Position numbers and translations under genes: made by a program. A stretch of 64,000 bases of DNA from Chara braunii (taxonomy: Eukaryota; Plantae; Charophyceae): assembly GCA_003427395.1 (NCBI GenBank), contig BFEA01000022.1:4858005-4922004 (forward strand), given 5' to 3'. The notes below the pieces were generated by a model. The model was not told the origin of the DNA, did no database searches, and saw nothing but the letters and a program-made list of their open reading frames with translations. Position 1 is the first letter of the stretch, and each line of letters opens with the position of its first letter. This document shows, in pieces, positions 1 through 13,158 of this stretch.

Positions 1-80
1 AGATATCCATAGGGAGATCATCGCTCACTAGGAAAGAGACGCGATGTCTCAGTTCCCCTCCCGCGTACGGGAAGCAACAC

Positions 81-539
81 TCAACATCTTGGAGGTAGTC
101 GTTGACTACCATGCACTGTTTGTTGGCATAGGTCGACTTCACAGGTCGACTCCACAGGTGGACTCAGGTGCTGCACTCGCCCCTGTAAGCGCAGCCTCTC
201 AACGCATGTGTGGCTAATGAAGTTCCTAGTCGAGCAAGTGTCATAATAGGCCCCGGCCTTGCGGCCGCTGATGACTACCTCACCAACGAACATCTCTCCC
301 TTAGGGGCTTTGGCCAATGTCCTCCAAGAAGCTAGTGGGTGTGATCTAGACCACTCCTCCTCTAGCTCCTCTAAGGATTCAAACACATTCATCGAACAGA
401 GGCTCGATGGGTCAGAATGTGTTTGCGGGACGACTATGGAGTCAGTAGCTTGGGCCATCTCGCGAGATGGTGAGGGTGTATCCACCAGCTCGACCCTAGC
501 AGGAACAACTACTATTCCTACTGGCTCGACGCGTCTCCC
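81..539 (-). pseudogene. pol: Start of pol: degenerate retropepsin-like aspartyl protease
   Basis: VVISGRKAGAYYDTCSTRNFIS resembles the D-[TS]-G-[AS]-T-x-N-F-I motif. It is in the -1 frame relative to gag and disrupted downstream. Confidence 0.75.
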
Positions 540-2080
540 GGAGCAGTGCGAGAACTCCTGGCCGCATTGCTACCAACGGGAGCGGAGGATCCCAACGCCT
601 GCCCCATCGTAGGCGGGATCTTTTCGGTCACCTTCTTGTTTCGACACTTGAATTGGTTATGGCCATATTGGCCACAACGGATACAAACCTGCCTTGTGTA
701 CCGATCTCTCCACACGTCCTCTGTGAGACCCGCTTTCTCCCATGGAGGAACATTGAAATCAACTTGACTCCTAGACTGGGAACCTCCTCGGCGTCTACCG
801 GTCGCCTTTCCTTTTTGAGCTACGGCAGCGACTACTCCACCCCCTGAAGCCTCCACGCTGCCAGCCTCTGAACCTACTCCCTCCTGGAAGTTGTCATCTA
901 ACTCGATGGTTGAACCATCGTTATCGACAAACATAATGCGACCCTTCGCCTTCTAGTTGGGAGGCAGTGACTTTCTCCTACCATCCGTAGTTGGTGTCTG
1001 CCCATGCCCTATCTTTGCCTCAAGGTCTAGGGCCTTCTTGCTAAATGAGGGAAAGTTGTGCATATTGATGTTGGCCTCACCTGCCAACTGATTCCTGAGA
1101 GGCATGGGAAAGCATCTCAGGTAGGAGGTGAGTAAAACCTGAGGGTCATAGCAAACCCCAGGGACACAGATCAGACGCTCTACAGCATCAGTGGCCTTCC
1201 TTACTGACTTGAACTGCCTCGTGTGCAGTGTCGGGATCGCATCAGTGGCCTTTTGGGCCTCCTGAGGATCATGCCACCTGTCTTCCACCAACTTGAGGAA
1301 GTCATCCAGTTTCTGGGTGACCGCCCAAGCGCGAAAGTCGTGACCGTACCCCTGGAACTGCACTAAACCACTCGACCATCGTGCTGCACTCCCCTCTAAA
1401 TAGGAGGCAGCCACAAGCACTTCCTCGTGTGGCAAGGTAAGTTTGCACTTTACATAGACTGGCACTGCCCTCAACCAAGTGTCGAGGTTTTCGACCCTCT
1501 TATCCCCTGTAAAGGGTTTAGGAGTGACGATGGCCGTCTTTGGCACCCACTGACTTTGTCCCGGTCCCTGCATCAATCCGGACTGTGGAACCTGTGGTGC
1601 AGGTGGCTGCACTAGCTGCTGGGGCTGTGAACCCTGCGGCTGTGCAGGCTGCGAGACAGCAGGCTGCCGGCTTATGGCAACCTGAGACGGAGGTTGGGAG
1701 AACACTGTCTGTACAGGAATCTGTACACTAGGACCGGTTGAGAACCCGCCTGTCAAAGGCATACCTAGGGAAACGGGTTGGACCGACGCTGGAGCAGTAT
1801 ATGGGGATACCCCAGTCACCGGTGGGACAAAAGGAGGATGTACAACAGGCCAAGCACCGGGCCCAGACGGTGGTGGTGCCGCCTGCACTCGTCCGACTAA
1901 CACAGCCAGACTCTGCTGGATGTCCTGTAAGATCTCCATTTGGTGATCTTGCATCTCTACTACACTTAGCAAGACCGACCGTATGGTCCTCACATCATCC
2001 TCCAACTCTGCAGGGTCCATCTCCTCTAACTCACTGATGTCTGCTTGCCTCCGCTGCATCCTGACTCTTCTTCTAATCAT
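518..2080 (-). pseudogene. gag: gag with an in-frame stop at 953-955 and a C-terminal zinc knuckle
   Basis: ORFs 953..2080 and 518..934 share a frame. Motifs PKPFTGD...WL...AASYLEGSAARW and CIRCGQYGHNQFKC (CX2CX4HX4C). The N-terminus probably extends to ~2550. Confidence 0.85.
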
Positions 2081-3747
2081 TCTTTATTTCTCTGCCTTAA
2101 TCTCTCCTAAAGTCTGTTGTAGTTGTGCCTCGCGATCAGCAGCTCACTGTATGGCAACCTCCTCGGGAGTCAACACTAGCAGCTGGCTTGCCATTAAGCC
2201 AATTGACCGACTCTGGGTCTGCGTGACCGTTGACCCTACAGACCCTGAACTACTAGCCTGGGAACTCTGCTGCGCAGAAGTTGTCATGGCTGCTGAAGCT
2301 GCGGCTTCGCTTGCAAACGCCCTACTGGCCTTTGCTGCCGTAGCTCTCCTCTACTGCTGCTGCCTCTCCCTAAGGTGGCGGAACAGAAACCTGTCGCCCT
2401 CTGGTCCTAAGGCCAAGTGGGCTATCGGGCATCTAGCCGATCGCAAGATCCAGTCGTCTGGTTGTGGACCCTCCCTGTCACTCGTAAGCTACAGCACTAT
2501 ACAGTCTACGCTAGAACACTCTAGATGTTTACCGCAGCATAGTGCACAGACCAACTAAAAATAAATAAATAATTAATTGGTGGCTACGTCAGAGTAGATA
2601 CATTTGGGTTCAACAGGTAAGTTCAGATTCCTACAAACGAAAACTATTTTACTTTTACTAGTGCACAAACAGAAGCACAAGGAGCAAAAAACAGTTCTAA
2701 CTAATGCTGTCTGTCAGATGTCAATGGCTGTACATCTAACTAATCAAAATAATAGGATCATTTGTTGGGTCTGTTTGCAGAGTGGAATCTTGCCCAAACT
2801 TATCACCTGGAATCTACCCCTCCCTCAATTCTTCTTGAATGTCTCCTGTCGTCAACGTCCCTGAGCGATCCAGATAGCGTGCGTGTCTGAAGGTGTGCAC
2901 ATGGCCCACCCCTGTACCCCGAGTCCTGCTGAGCTGGCCAGCCCAGCACAGTTTTTATCCTCGCGTGCAGCGAGCCTTACACCGACCAATTGGCTGATCA
3001 GGAGGTGTTTTTATGGACAGCCCCCGAAGTCCTCAGGAATTATTTAACGTCGCACACAGGACGACGATCACAGCCAATGGAAGGTACCCCGCCGGTGCTT
3101 ATTTATAGACGCCCGGGCTCGTATGTCCCCTAGAGCTGGCCTGCCCTTCAGAACCCCTCTGCAGCGCAGTGAGCAGACAAAGGACAAAGCAGCAAAGCAT
3201 GTGTGCTCTACTCCCGGTGGGTTGGCATGGTGACCGTGACCCAGTGCTTTGTCCAAGGCCCTTCAGATAGCTCCGCCCGCTCCTTCCAGATGCTCCACGT
3301 GAAGGCTGACAACTCTCAAGGTTGAGCGCACACGACTCCTCACATGAGAGGACTCTCAAGACAGAACACACATCCTCACGATAAGAAGTGTCGAAGAGGG
3401 TAGATAAGGTTAGGTGCAACGTACCTCAAAATAGCTGCCCCCAACCACAAATATTCTCACCAGATAACCCGACGTTGATTGTCATGACCAATCGCTGCTA
3501 CGGCACAACCAGCATTGCACAGCCGTTCCACCTCAGCATCAATCACACACCAGATAGTTCTCATCACACTGCGAACACCCAATAATCCCCATACAGCCTT
3601 CCTGGCGATACCCATCACCTCCTGGGTCGCCACTTATCTTCGCCCTCCTCACTACACACGTACTACGTCACGGTCACTCACCGCACACACTGCGTGCATG
3701 TCTCATTAGGCAGAAGATAAGCGCCAGATTAGCGCACCGAACCACAA

Positions 3748-3758
3748 CTCCGATACCA
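3748..3758 (-). promoter_or_regulatory. Primer binding site (initiator tRNA-Met type)
   Basis: TGGTATCGGAG lies 3 nt after the LTR-terminal CA, and matches the PBS at 13147. Confidence 0.8.
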
Positions 3759-4989
3759 AATTGCAAGGAAGATGAGCAATAGCGAACTTCAGCAATCAAA
3801 CAGCATCATACATATGAGACCAGATAGTCGTGACCTCGAACCAAAAGCAGAATTGCACCACGAGTTTCACCAAATAAGAGCACACCAAAAGCTCATAATT
3901 GACAATGCTGGAATAGCGTCATCATCATCAACGAAGAACCAATGCTGATATCCTATCTGGCGCTCGGCGCCCAGACTACGAATGGCAGATCCTATCTAGC
4001 CTAGACTACAATGCCGCTGATGATGTCAACAGCTTCCCAAGTACGAGCAGACCTCGGCCAATGCCGCATGCGTCAAGCACCAGGTATGTCTCTCGTATGC
4101 ACCCAAGGACCACCATGCGCCCCATCCAGCATCCAGCATACAGCAGCACAGCTCGGCTATGGCTGCCTGCTCCTTCCAGCTCGCCCGTGAGCGCGTGAGC
4201 CTGGCAGGCGATAGCGCAGAAGCGCTTGCGCACAAAGCAGCCAGTGCCCGAATCACCAATGTGTGGGCAGGCCCTTCCCTGTATCGAAATGGCCTGCTGC
4301 TGCGTGCTGTGCTGCGGTACTGGGCCCCGGCCCAGAAGCTTCCGGTAGGCCCAGGGAGGCTGAGCCTCAGTCCGAAGGAAACAGGCCCAGGGCCTGTGGC
4401 TCACTTGTGTATCTGGCCCAGGCCTTGTCTCAGTTACATGCAATGAAAGGCAGCCTGGGCCTGGGTGCTTCCAACCGAATGGCGCTGCGCAACTGCCTGA
4501 ATTTCCCCAGTTGCGTAGTAGTCCAAAATAGGCCTCTCGGGGGCTGTCGAGCCTGCCTTCACTTAGGGCGGCCGACGCTGTTGCAAATACGGGCCCAGTA
4601 GGGCTTATCGAGGCCTTGTGCCTCGCATCTCTTGAAAAAAAAAGAAAAAAAAAAAGAGAAGAAGAAGGACAAGAACAAGAACAAGAACAAGAAGACAGAA
4701 GACAGAAGTCACAGAAGCACTTTTCAATTCTCTTGACATTTCTTCCTTAATTTCCTAAAGAACAATACCTTTTGCAATAACCTTGCACAGACCAAATCAA
4801 TTTTTGTGAAGTCGTCTGGGTCGTTCAACCTGTGAGCTTTCTGAGAAACATTGTGCATGAAGTTCTCCGCATCATTCCAAATTTGGCTGCTCTGCAGAAC
4901 ATTCTGCACGGTTCATAAAGAAAGCAGAATCCATGTCGAGATAGTCACAAAATGACAAAACCATTTGACACGTAAATTCCACAGGAAGA

Positions 4990-6266
4990 TGACACCACTT
5001 ACAAGCATTACTGCCTATAAGCCCCTGAGCAAATGTCAAAGGGAAAGCAGGAGAGGTCACTGGGCTCTATTCTCACGGCGGGACTTTCATCTGCAAACAT
5101 GGGAAACAGTCGAGCCCAAGTAAGTGCATACATTTCTCGCCGCCCCCCCAAAAAGGAAACATTGCATACATTTAAAGGCCTTCCATGATTCAGACCCCAA
5201 ATTCGGACTTCAGCGTCAGATGCCCAGGCCGAGTTTGTCAAACTCAGAAAAGTCACAATCGGGTACCTCAGCAGTCTGGTCCAACAGGCACCCAGCAAAC
5301 AGTCACGTTTCAGGGATAAGAGTCACATCCCACGAGTGAAAAGGCAGATTCACCAAGCAAGAGTCATGTCTCAAAGGCAGAAGTCACGTTTCCTAATGAA
5401 AAGTCGTATTGAAGAGTCACATCCCTTGAGTAAAGGCAGTATCACAGGCAAAAGTCGTGACCCTCAGGCAGGAGTCACTATCCACAGTCAAACGTCATGT
5501 TCACAAGTGAAAAGTCACGACTCAAAGGCCCAAGCAGCAGCAGTCCAATGGAAATTCGGGAAGGTTCCAGGCCTTGACATTCAGAAGCAGACAGGCCGTG
5601 GGGATGTGGTACCGGAACCAGTCAGGACCCAAGAAACAGAGGCTGGCACGAGTTGAAGTGCAAACCAAGACTACAAAAGGACTGGCCAGCCTCCCATTCG
5701 GGGAGATTGCTCATTCGTAAGAAGTGTGGAAGTGCTGGTGCACTTGTGCGCTGAAGTGAGGAGCAGAGCGCTGAAGCCAGAGTGCTGCGCTAAGTGAGGG
5801 AGAGAGAGGAAGATAGCGCTGGCAGGAAGAAGGCAGCCATAGCTGCGCCAGTGCAGAAGTGTTAGTGCTAGATGTTAGTAGTAGACTCCAGAGGGGTTAG
5901 TAGAGTTGACAGTGGGTGTATTCAGAGTAGATCTTTGAGTAGAAGATAGTGAGTGTGCATGTATGTAGAGAGAGAAGATACAGCAAGGACATAGCTAGAG
6001 AGGAGACCAGCAAGGAGGGAGAAGAGCAGAGAGGAAGAGATACTTACCTGAGAGTTTATGCTGGATACTGGTTACATTCGATATGCGCTGATGAGCGCTG
6101 GTGACTTGAACTCTTATTGCTCTTGTATATCTTGTTGGAATTCATAAGATGCGTTTTCTGGTTTTAATCTCTCTGGTCTTCGGTGTGAACTTCGTATGAA
6201 CTCATATATGCATGAGGTGTGAATATGTGCGCTCACTGGTGTTGAACTAAAAGGTTCATTGCAACA
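4990..6266 (+). mobile_element. Probable LTR remnant
   Basis: Repeated AGTCAC motifs, a GA-rich R-like region and a T-rich U5-like tail ending TTGCAACA, similar to the GCAACA end of the LTR at 13143. No TSD or PBS found; left boundary uncertain. Confidence 0.3.
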
Positions 6267-8467
6267 TGCCACACGGTTTTGCAATTCCACAGGAAGTCAT
6301 CATACTTTCTATGTCCTGTGCAGGGACCCGAGGCTATTGCAGCAAACAGCAGAGGACCGTTAGCCCCTGAGCTCAGGCCCAAAGTGGTAAGGCCTGGTCA
6401 GACAAGGGTTTGGGGCCCCGGCCAAGCTGTCTGGAACCTGGTAGGTTGAGGCTGAAACCAGAAGTCTCGACAAGGCAGTGCCTGAAGACCGGCCAAAGTA
6501 CTTAACGAAAGCCGGAGAGAGTCATGGTTGTCCTGGTTGGAGGGAGTTTGACGAACAGCCCGCTGGGCGCTCATGGTGACCTGAGCTAGCGGGAGGAAGC
6601 AGGGCCAGCCATAGATGGACTGGGAGGAAAGCATCCTGCCAGGCTGATGGGGGGTTGTGGTGGCAGCAGCAGGTCAGCGTACAATATCAGGCCAGCAGCA
6701 GCCATGGCTGGGGAAGAAGGCTGGTGGCATTGCAGGTTGGGCACTGGGGAAGAAGTCCGGCGCCATAGCAGGTTGGGCTCAGAGGAAGAAGGCCAGCGCC
6801 ATAGCAGGTTGGGTGCTCCAGAGGAATGGAGACCCTATAGCTTTGTGCTGCTGAGAAGTGAGCTGGTGGTTCCAAACAGTGAGATCCTTGGGAAGACAGC
6901 AGGCACACACAAGGTGCATGCACATTAGCAGTCACCGCACCACATGTGTGCACCACAAGTGCCGTCCTATATTATTCCAAACCATGTATGAGGATGAGCG
7001 TAGCTATCATGGATGACAATTGACAGTGCACTGAAATGCCAATTTTGAAGAGTTTTTCAGACTACTGAGCCCCGGCCCAGCCATCCTAACTATCGACTGA
7101 GCTTCATTTCAGGACATACCAGCAACAAACTTTCCTTGGACAAGAATCCCAAGCGTTTGTTCACTTCTCCAACTACTCATGCATTCAACATAGTCCATCC
7201 TCACAATGGCTCGCATGGAAGCTAAGGAGCCAATTGTTCTCGTTCTTTTCAGAAGGCCCCTCAGGTCGGCGTTGGCAAGAAGAGTTTTCGAAGTCCTACA
7301 GACCAGAGACTTCTCATTGCGAGGGTTGGGGGAACATACTAGAGACGTCCTTATTTTTTTTCTTTTCTCTTTAACTGATTCTATTGAAACTTGAACTCAG
7401 GTCTTGATTTCAACAGTTCACATTGGAACTTCACGGGTGTTCCAACTGAGCTACTGCCAGACGTCCTATTGCTAGTACTGGGAGAAAGAAGTGATTGCAT
7501 GTGCACCATAAGATGATTCCAAGCAGTATGCAAGTGAAAGGATTTCACACAGTGTCTGTGTCCTGTGTACCGGTCCCAGAGTCCCACTTGGTCCCAGTCC
7601 CATGTGTCCCGGTAGGTCCCGATCCCAGGGTCCTAGGAGTCTGGTAGGGTCCAGTAGACAAAACATTGCAGTTCAGTAGAAGTCAGGCTGGTATCCGACA
7701 AGAAAAGTCCAAAGCCCCAGTCCAAATTTGCAGCAGCATCCCAGGAAAGTCCGGAGGTTGACAGGCCGCGGAGACCGGTACTGGTTCGAAGCAGGCAAAG
7801 AACAAGCCAAGTCCCTATTTATAGCTGCTACACGGGTCTCTTAACATCACTTGTCAATTCGCGGGTTGAGGAAGCGCTGCTTAACGCTCGTGCGATTACA
7901 TGCGACCTCGAAGAGGACAGCGTCGACGGAAAGGACGAAGGGTTGCGCCATAGCTAGAGTCGTCCGAGGGGGACGGTGGCGGCCATAGCCAGAGTTAAGG
8001 TAGAGGTAGACGAAGGTGGGTATATTTAGGAAGCGAGAGAGGGAGAGGATGAGTGATACAAGGTCGGAGTGTGAGAGCAAGCGAGGCTGAGCGATGAAAG
8101 ACTTGTGAGAGAGAGAGAGGGAGAGCCGTAAGTGCTAGGTTACCTGGTTGAGGCACTGTGCGAGGTTGCGGGCATAGCCGCTGAACTCAAACTCGATCTC
8201 TGTATAGTATGATAATGTTTTGAAGTGCTTTCTGCTCGGAGGAACTGTTTTAAGCTATCTCATGACTTTGCGACTTCTCTGTGAATGTTCTGTTCTGTGT
8301 GAGCATCGAATTGAGCTTGAATTGGGTTGGTTTCATTGCACAGGCCAGTCTTCTGTACAGGTTCAAGCGACTCAGCCTTGAGTATTGAGCTCATACTCTG
8401 TGACTTTCTGAAATTTCTCCAGCTCAGCTTCTTATTCAAAGCAACTGCTGCTAGGTGGATCAGAGTG

Positions 8468-8828
8468 ATTCTCCCCAAAACAGAAGGAAAAACTGTGACA
8501 ATCAGACTATGTTTTCCTTTCCTTCAGTCACTTAATTTTTAGAAAAATAAACGAAAAAAACACTCCACTAAGTCCACTCGGATTTGGGCCTTCATTCTCC
8601 CCAAAACAGAAGGAAAAACTGTGGCCATCAGACTATGTTTTCCTTTCCTTCACTCACTTGTTTCTTAGAAAAATAAAAGAAAGAAACACTCCACTCGGAT
8701 TTGGTTCTTCATTCTCCCCAAAACAGAAGGAAAAACTGCGGCCATCAGACTATGTTTTCCTTTCCTTCCCTCATTTATTTCTTAGAAAAATAAAAGAAAA
8801 AAACACTCCACTCGGATTTGGGTCTTCC
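8468..8828. repeat. Minisatellite, three units of about 120 bp
   Basis: ATTCTCCCCAAAACAGAAGGAAAAACTG...CACTCGGATTTGG occurs three times in tandem. Confidence 0.9.
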
Positions 8829-8966
8829 TCAGGTCATGTCACAGCCTAGCATTTGCAAAATTCGACTTGAACCAGCTAATCAAACATGCCATTAGTTTAA
8901 AAATTAAAGAGCTCGGTAATAATGAGGGAGGGATATCACTCAACCGTCCAACCAAATAACGAGTTA

Positions 8967-9421
8967 TGAGTGAGTGAGTGAGTGAGTGAGTGAGTGAGTG
9001 AGTGAGTGAGTGAGTGAGTGAGTGAGTTAGTGAGTGAGTGAGTGAGTGAGTGAGTGAGTGAGTGAGTGAGTGAGTGTGAGTGAGTGTGAGTGAGAGAGTG
9101 ACAGTGAGAGTCAGTGAGTGACTGAGAGTGAGTGAGTGAAAGTGAGTGCGTGAAAGTGGGTGAGTGAGAGTGAATGAGTGAGTGAGTGAGAGTGAGTGAG
9201 TGAGGGAGGGAGGAAGGAAGGAAGGAAGGGAGGGAGGGAACGGACGGATGGACGGACGAACGAATCAATCAATTGAATGAAGCAAGCAATTGAATGAATG
9301 AATGAATGAATGAATGAATGAATGAATGAATGAATGAACGAATCAATCAATGAACAAATCAATCAATGAACAAATCGATCAATGAACAAATCAATCAATG
9401 AACGAATCAATCAACGAACTT

Positions 9422-9481
<60 letters not shown>

Positions 9482-9524
9482 GCCAATCAATCAATCAATC
9501 AATCAGCCAATCAATCAATCAATC
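8967..9524. repeat. Compound microsatellite (GAGT)n/(GGAA)n/(GAAT)n/(CAAT)n
   Basis: Directly visible tetranucleotide runs. Confidence 0.95.
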
Positions 9525-10877
9525 ACTTGATCAATGGATAGAACGACAAGCTGCTTGGCAAGAGAAAGTTGTGTGGGAAGAGACAGGGGAGTTGAGAAGA
9601 AAAAAGGTAAACCTGAGGAGAGGAAGGAGGGTTGGGAAGAAAGAAACTAACCCTGCCAGCTGCCAAGTCCATGGCATTGAGTTTCTCAGCCAACGAACCC
9701 TGCCTTGATTCAATATCCTCCTGTATCTTTCTCCTCCTCTCAGCAGCCTCCACCTTTGCAACTGCCTCTATACTTGGATACAGTTCAGAGCTCCATACGA
9801 TGGGCTTGCCACTCGGCCGAGGAATACCTCTCCTTTCCGACCACGCCATCTTTCCAGTTCAGGGACACATGCACTGATGCCTTCCCCACAAGTGCGCTCC
9901 CCTCCTCCCCCCCTTCCCTTGGTAATCACAGCCCCAGGCGTAGTCAAATAAGGAGTTTTGTGTGCCTCATTCTGAGTAAATTGTACACATCTTAAATCCG
10001 GTGCTCCAGTCCTGCACAATTCTCCAAAAATCACTACAGAAAAGCCTCCTACTATAGCAGGTTGCAGAAAACTGCCCAAAGGCTACATTTACCTAACCCA
10101 CCCCCGTTTTATGTTTGGTTATGGATCTTCTCTTGGGCCTGTTTTTGTTTCTGTTTTTGCTTTCTTGGATTTGTGGATGATGCAAACTGAGAACAGCAAA
10201 GGAAAAGAAAAATGTACAGCATGTCCAAACTTTCATTTTCGTTCACGGAATCAATACAATGATAGAATCTCATGATACGAAGCTTAGGCTCAGCAGCGGG
10301 AGGGGCCTCGTCCCACTTACAACACTGAGTTCTCAACCGCGTCTGGTGGCATCATTGGACAGAGGCCTGCCTTAGATATGTTGGAAATAGATCAGTAGGA
10401 AAATATAGGGAGATATTCAGCATGAACCTATTAGATTTGCTGAATTTGAATTCATTTTCTAGATTTTTTTGTAGATTGAGATCTATTTTCTAGATGCTTT
10501 GGCCCTTTTCGTTTGGGCGGGAAATGAGAAGGCCTTCATCTGCCCTATCCTTGATAACTCAACGCCATCCGCCTCTACAAACTTCAAAAAAGGGAGGATG
10601 GCAGTTTCGTTGTCATAATTATATGACGGCATACCCACAAAAGTTCTTCATATACCACCCAGAACAGCTTCGGTTTCACGCACGCTGAGAGAAACGAACG
10701 TGTATGTGTCCATTTTTGGCTCTACATATGTTTCGAACCACCATTACATCGGACGCTGTTTTTCACTAGCCTCCGACGCGCTGCATGCCAGAAGAAAACC
10801 GGACCGGCATGGACGCAATTTTTCTTCTTTTTGGCTGGCGGCACCAGCCATCATGATCCCCAATAGTTGGAGTCGTA

Positions 10878-11159
10878 ATTAGTACGAGTAAGCTTCATAC
10901 CTCACGGTGCTTTTACTTTTCACCTATTCAAGTGATGGTCTTTCACTTTGTATGATAACTTTTTCAAGAGGGGTTTCCCGCTTATATGCTTTCAGCGGTT
11001 CTCCCATACCAACGTAGCTACCCGGCAATGCCACTGGCATGACAACAGGTCCACCATAGGTTGACCCATCCCAGTCCTCTCGTACTAGGGATGGCTTCTC
11101 TCAGTTCTCTGCAAATCACCAACGGTAGATAGCAACCGAGCTGTCTCATGACATTCTAA
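10878..11159 (-). rRNA. rrn26: Mitochondrial LSU (26S) rRNA 3' fragment inserted in the nuclear genome (NUMT), non-functional
   Basis: Reverse complement of the LSU 3' region including the sarcin-ricin loop (TCCTCTCGTACTA, 11075-11087) and CTGTCTCA.GAC.TTCTAA. Diagnostic stretches such as GGTTGACCCA.CCCAG and CACCAACGGTAGATAG are of the plant mitochondrial type. Confidence 0.85.
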
Positions 11160-11634
11160 TTGTTATCTCCGGTAGCCCCGGACCCCCAAAACTTTCAGAC
11201 ATATATGTCCTCGCAAAAAGTCACAAGCTCGATTTCCCTGGGGCGCATTGTGCTGGTTTGATGCTGGACTTTGGTCAACTGCACAACTTGACCTTAGCTT
11301 GGTTCAAACCATGGCAACTGGCCGAACGTCTGGACCGGAATCCAGACGGTCCGATTGTTTGGGTATGGGTCCAGTGTCCGGTCTGGTAGGCCTGGATTGG
11401 GCCCAATTTTGAAAAATTCAATTTTTTTTGGGGGGGGGCCTAGGACGTTTTTTCGGGTCCTAGGCCGCCCCCAAAAGATGCCCCCGGTATTTTTTGGCCG
11501 TTTCAGGACCTACCGGCCACCGCCAGACGCCTCCAACAGCTCCCGCTGCTGTTTGTACTACGGTGGTAGTTCATCAGATGAGGATGAGTCCGACTCCGAA
11601 AATGAAGCGCTGGCTGCTAAGCGCCACAGAACGT

Positions 11635-11720
<86 letters not shown>

Positions 11721-11959
11721 TTGGTCAGATCTGCGATCCGTCTTAGATCTGGTCCTGACCAGATCTCAGTTCTGTTCGTACGCAGATCTGAATAACGTTT
11801 TTTTTTGTTTGTTTTTTTTCAAACAGGTCCTTATGGCCCTGGCGCCATTTCCATTCTGGGGAGCATCAGTCCGGTTCCTATTCCACTGGCAAGTCAGAAT
11901 ACAATGTTACATCATGACACACACTCACGCTTCCTTCCGTCTGGCCGAAGGACCCCTGA

Positions 11960-13143
11960 TGTGGCATACTGCGTAGCCACACGGGCCCTGCAGGGCCCGT
12001 CCCGGACATTCAGCCTAAAAGCCTAAAACTTAGGGCTTACAGGCCCCGGTCGTTTCAGTCTGAAAGCTGAAAAACGAGGGCCTGCAGGCCCTACTCCGTT
12101 TCAGCCTATTTCTGGGTCTTTCAGACCCAGAGTTTTTCCAACCGGAAACGGAGGGCCTTTTTCAGGCCCTCATTGTTTCGACCGCCCCTAAGACTCAGGC
12201 ACTTAAACAGGGATGTGGAACAGGCCAGAAATAGCCTGTTCCTCACGAGCTTGAGCAGGAGCTGCAGCGGCAGCCCCTGCCTCCGATCGGCATTGGCAAG
12301 AGCAGCCTCCTGGAGTGCTCGCCTGCAGTCAGGAGGCTCGCCTGCAGTCAGGAGGCACCCGGTAGTACATAGGCAGTTCCCATGCACTTCCCAGGTAGGA
12401 AGTTGTCGGTAGTCTTCAGGATTCGGCCGCAGCACTCCGGAGGAGCGCTGCAGTAGTCTTCAGCGCTAGGCAGTAGTATGAGCGCTAGCTGTAGTCTTCG
12501 GCGCTGGGCGCCCATAGCCATAGTGGTAGTCTTCAGCGCTGGGCGCTATTAGGTGGTTGATCGTAGAGTTGGGGGAGATGGCTGGCGGAGGCCAGCGGTA
12601 CTTACATGTGGCGCCATAGCTCCAGCTCCATCTTCGAGGTACCTGCATCAAGGCGCGAACTTCACAGGTTAGTACTGGACACAGAGAGAGAGAGAGAGAT
12701 TTCTTCTTCTTCCTCTTCTAAGTCCACCATCTCTTCTCACCCTCTCGCCACCTGACTTCTCAGACTACGACAGAGAGAGAAAGAGTTGTGACTTGAGACT
12801 TGACGACATTGGATCCAGACTGGACATTTGGGATTCAGACATTTCGACGAGGGACTATTTGGGCCTGTGCCGAGACTTGGTGTTGACGACATTCCCATCT
12901 TCCCCTCCTCTTCGTCTAACCCCTCCTTCTTCGTCTGTGTATGTTTGGGGCTGGCGCAGTCTTCTTGTGTGAAGCGCCAGACCCCCTTCACACCAGATAA
13001 CGATGATGATGATGATGTGTTCAGGGCTGCATTGAAATATTGATTGTTCGGATCATTCGTATCTAAGTCTTCCGCTGTGTTATCTTGTACTTTGTATTGA
13101 GAGGTCGGTTCTTGTTCTGGTCTGCACGTTACAGTATGCAACA
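11960..13143 (+). repeat. 5' LTR (TG...CA, ~1.18 kb)
   Basis: Starts TGTGGCATACTGCG as at 19726 and ends GCAACA just before the PBS. Confidence 0.9.
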
Positions 13144-13146
13144 GTT

Positions 13147-13158
13147 TGGTATCGGAGC
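13147..13158 (+). promoter_or_regulatory. Primer binding site (initiator tRNA-Met type)
   Basis: TGGTATCGGAGC, 3 nt after the LTR end. Confidence 0.9.

Larger units (their letters stand above)
1..4010 (-). mobile_element. Ty3/Gypsy LTR retrotransposon, 5' portion (LTR, PBS, gag, protease); runs off the window start
   Basis: Minus strand shows an LTR end ...TGCA at 3762, a PBS TGGTATCGGAG, a retrotransposon gag with a CCHC knuckle, then an aspartyl protease. The LTR start at 4010 (TGTAGTCTAGG) is tentative. Confidence 0.85.

Noticed and set aside
4579-6266. Solo LTR bounded by TGTTGCAA...TTGCAACA
   Set aside because: Flanking 5-mers (GACGC vs TGCCA) do not form a TSD and the interior looks composite.
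8468-8828. CRISPR-like array
   Set aside because: Whole units repeat with no unique spacers, and the context is eukaryotic.
11528-11590. Minus-strand CUGAUGA followed by two hairpins, hammerhead-like
   Set aside because: GAAA is replaced by ACAAA and stem I is poor. The plus strand reads as an acidic coding remnant (SSSDEDESDSE), which explains the motif.
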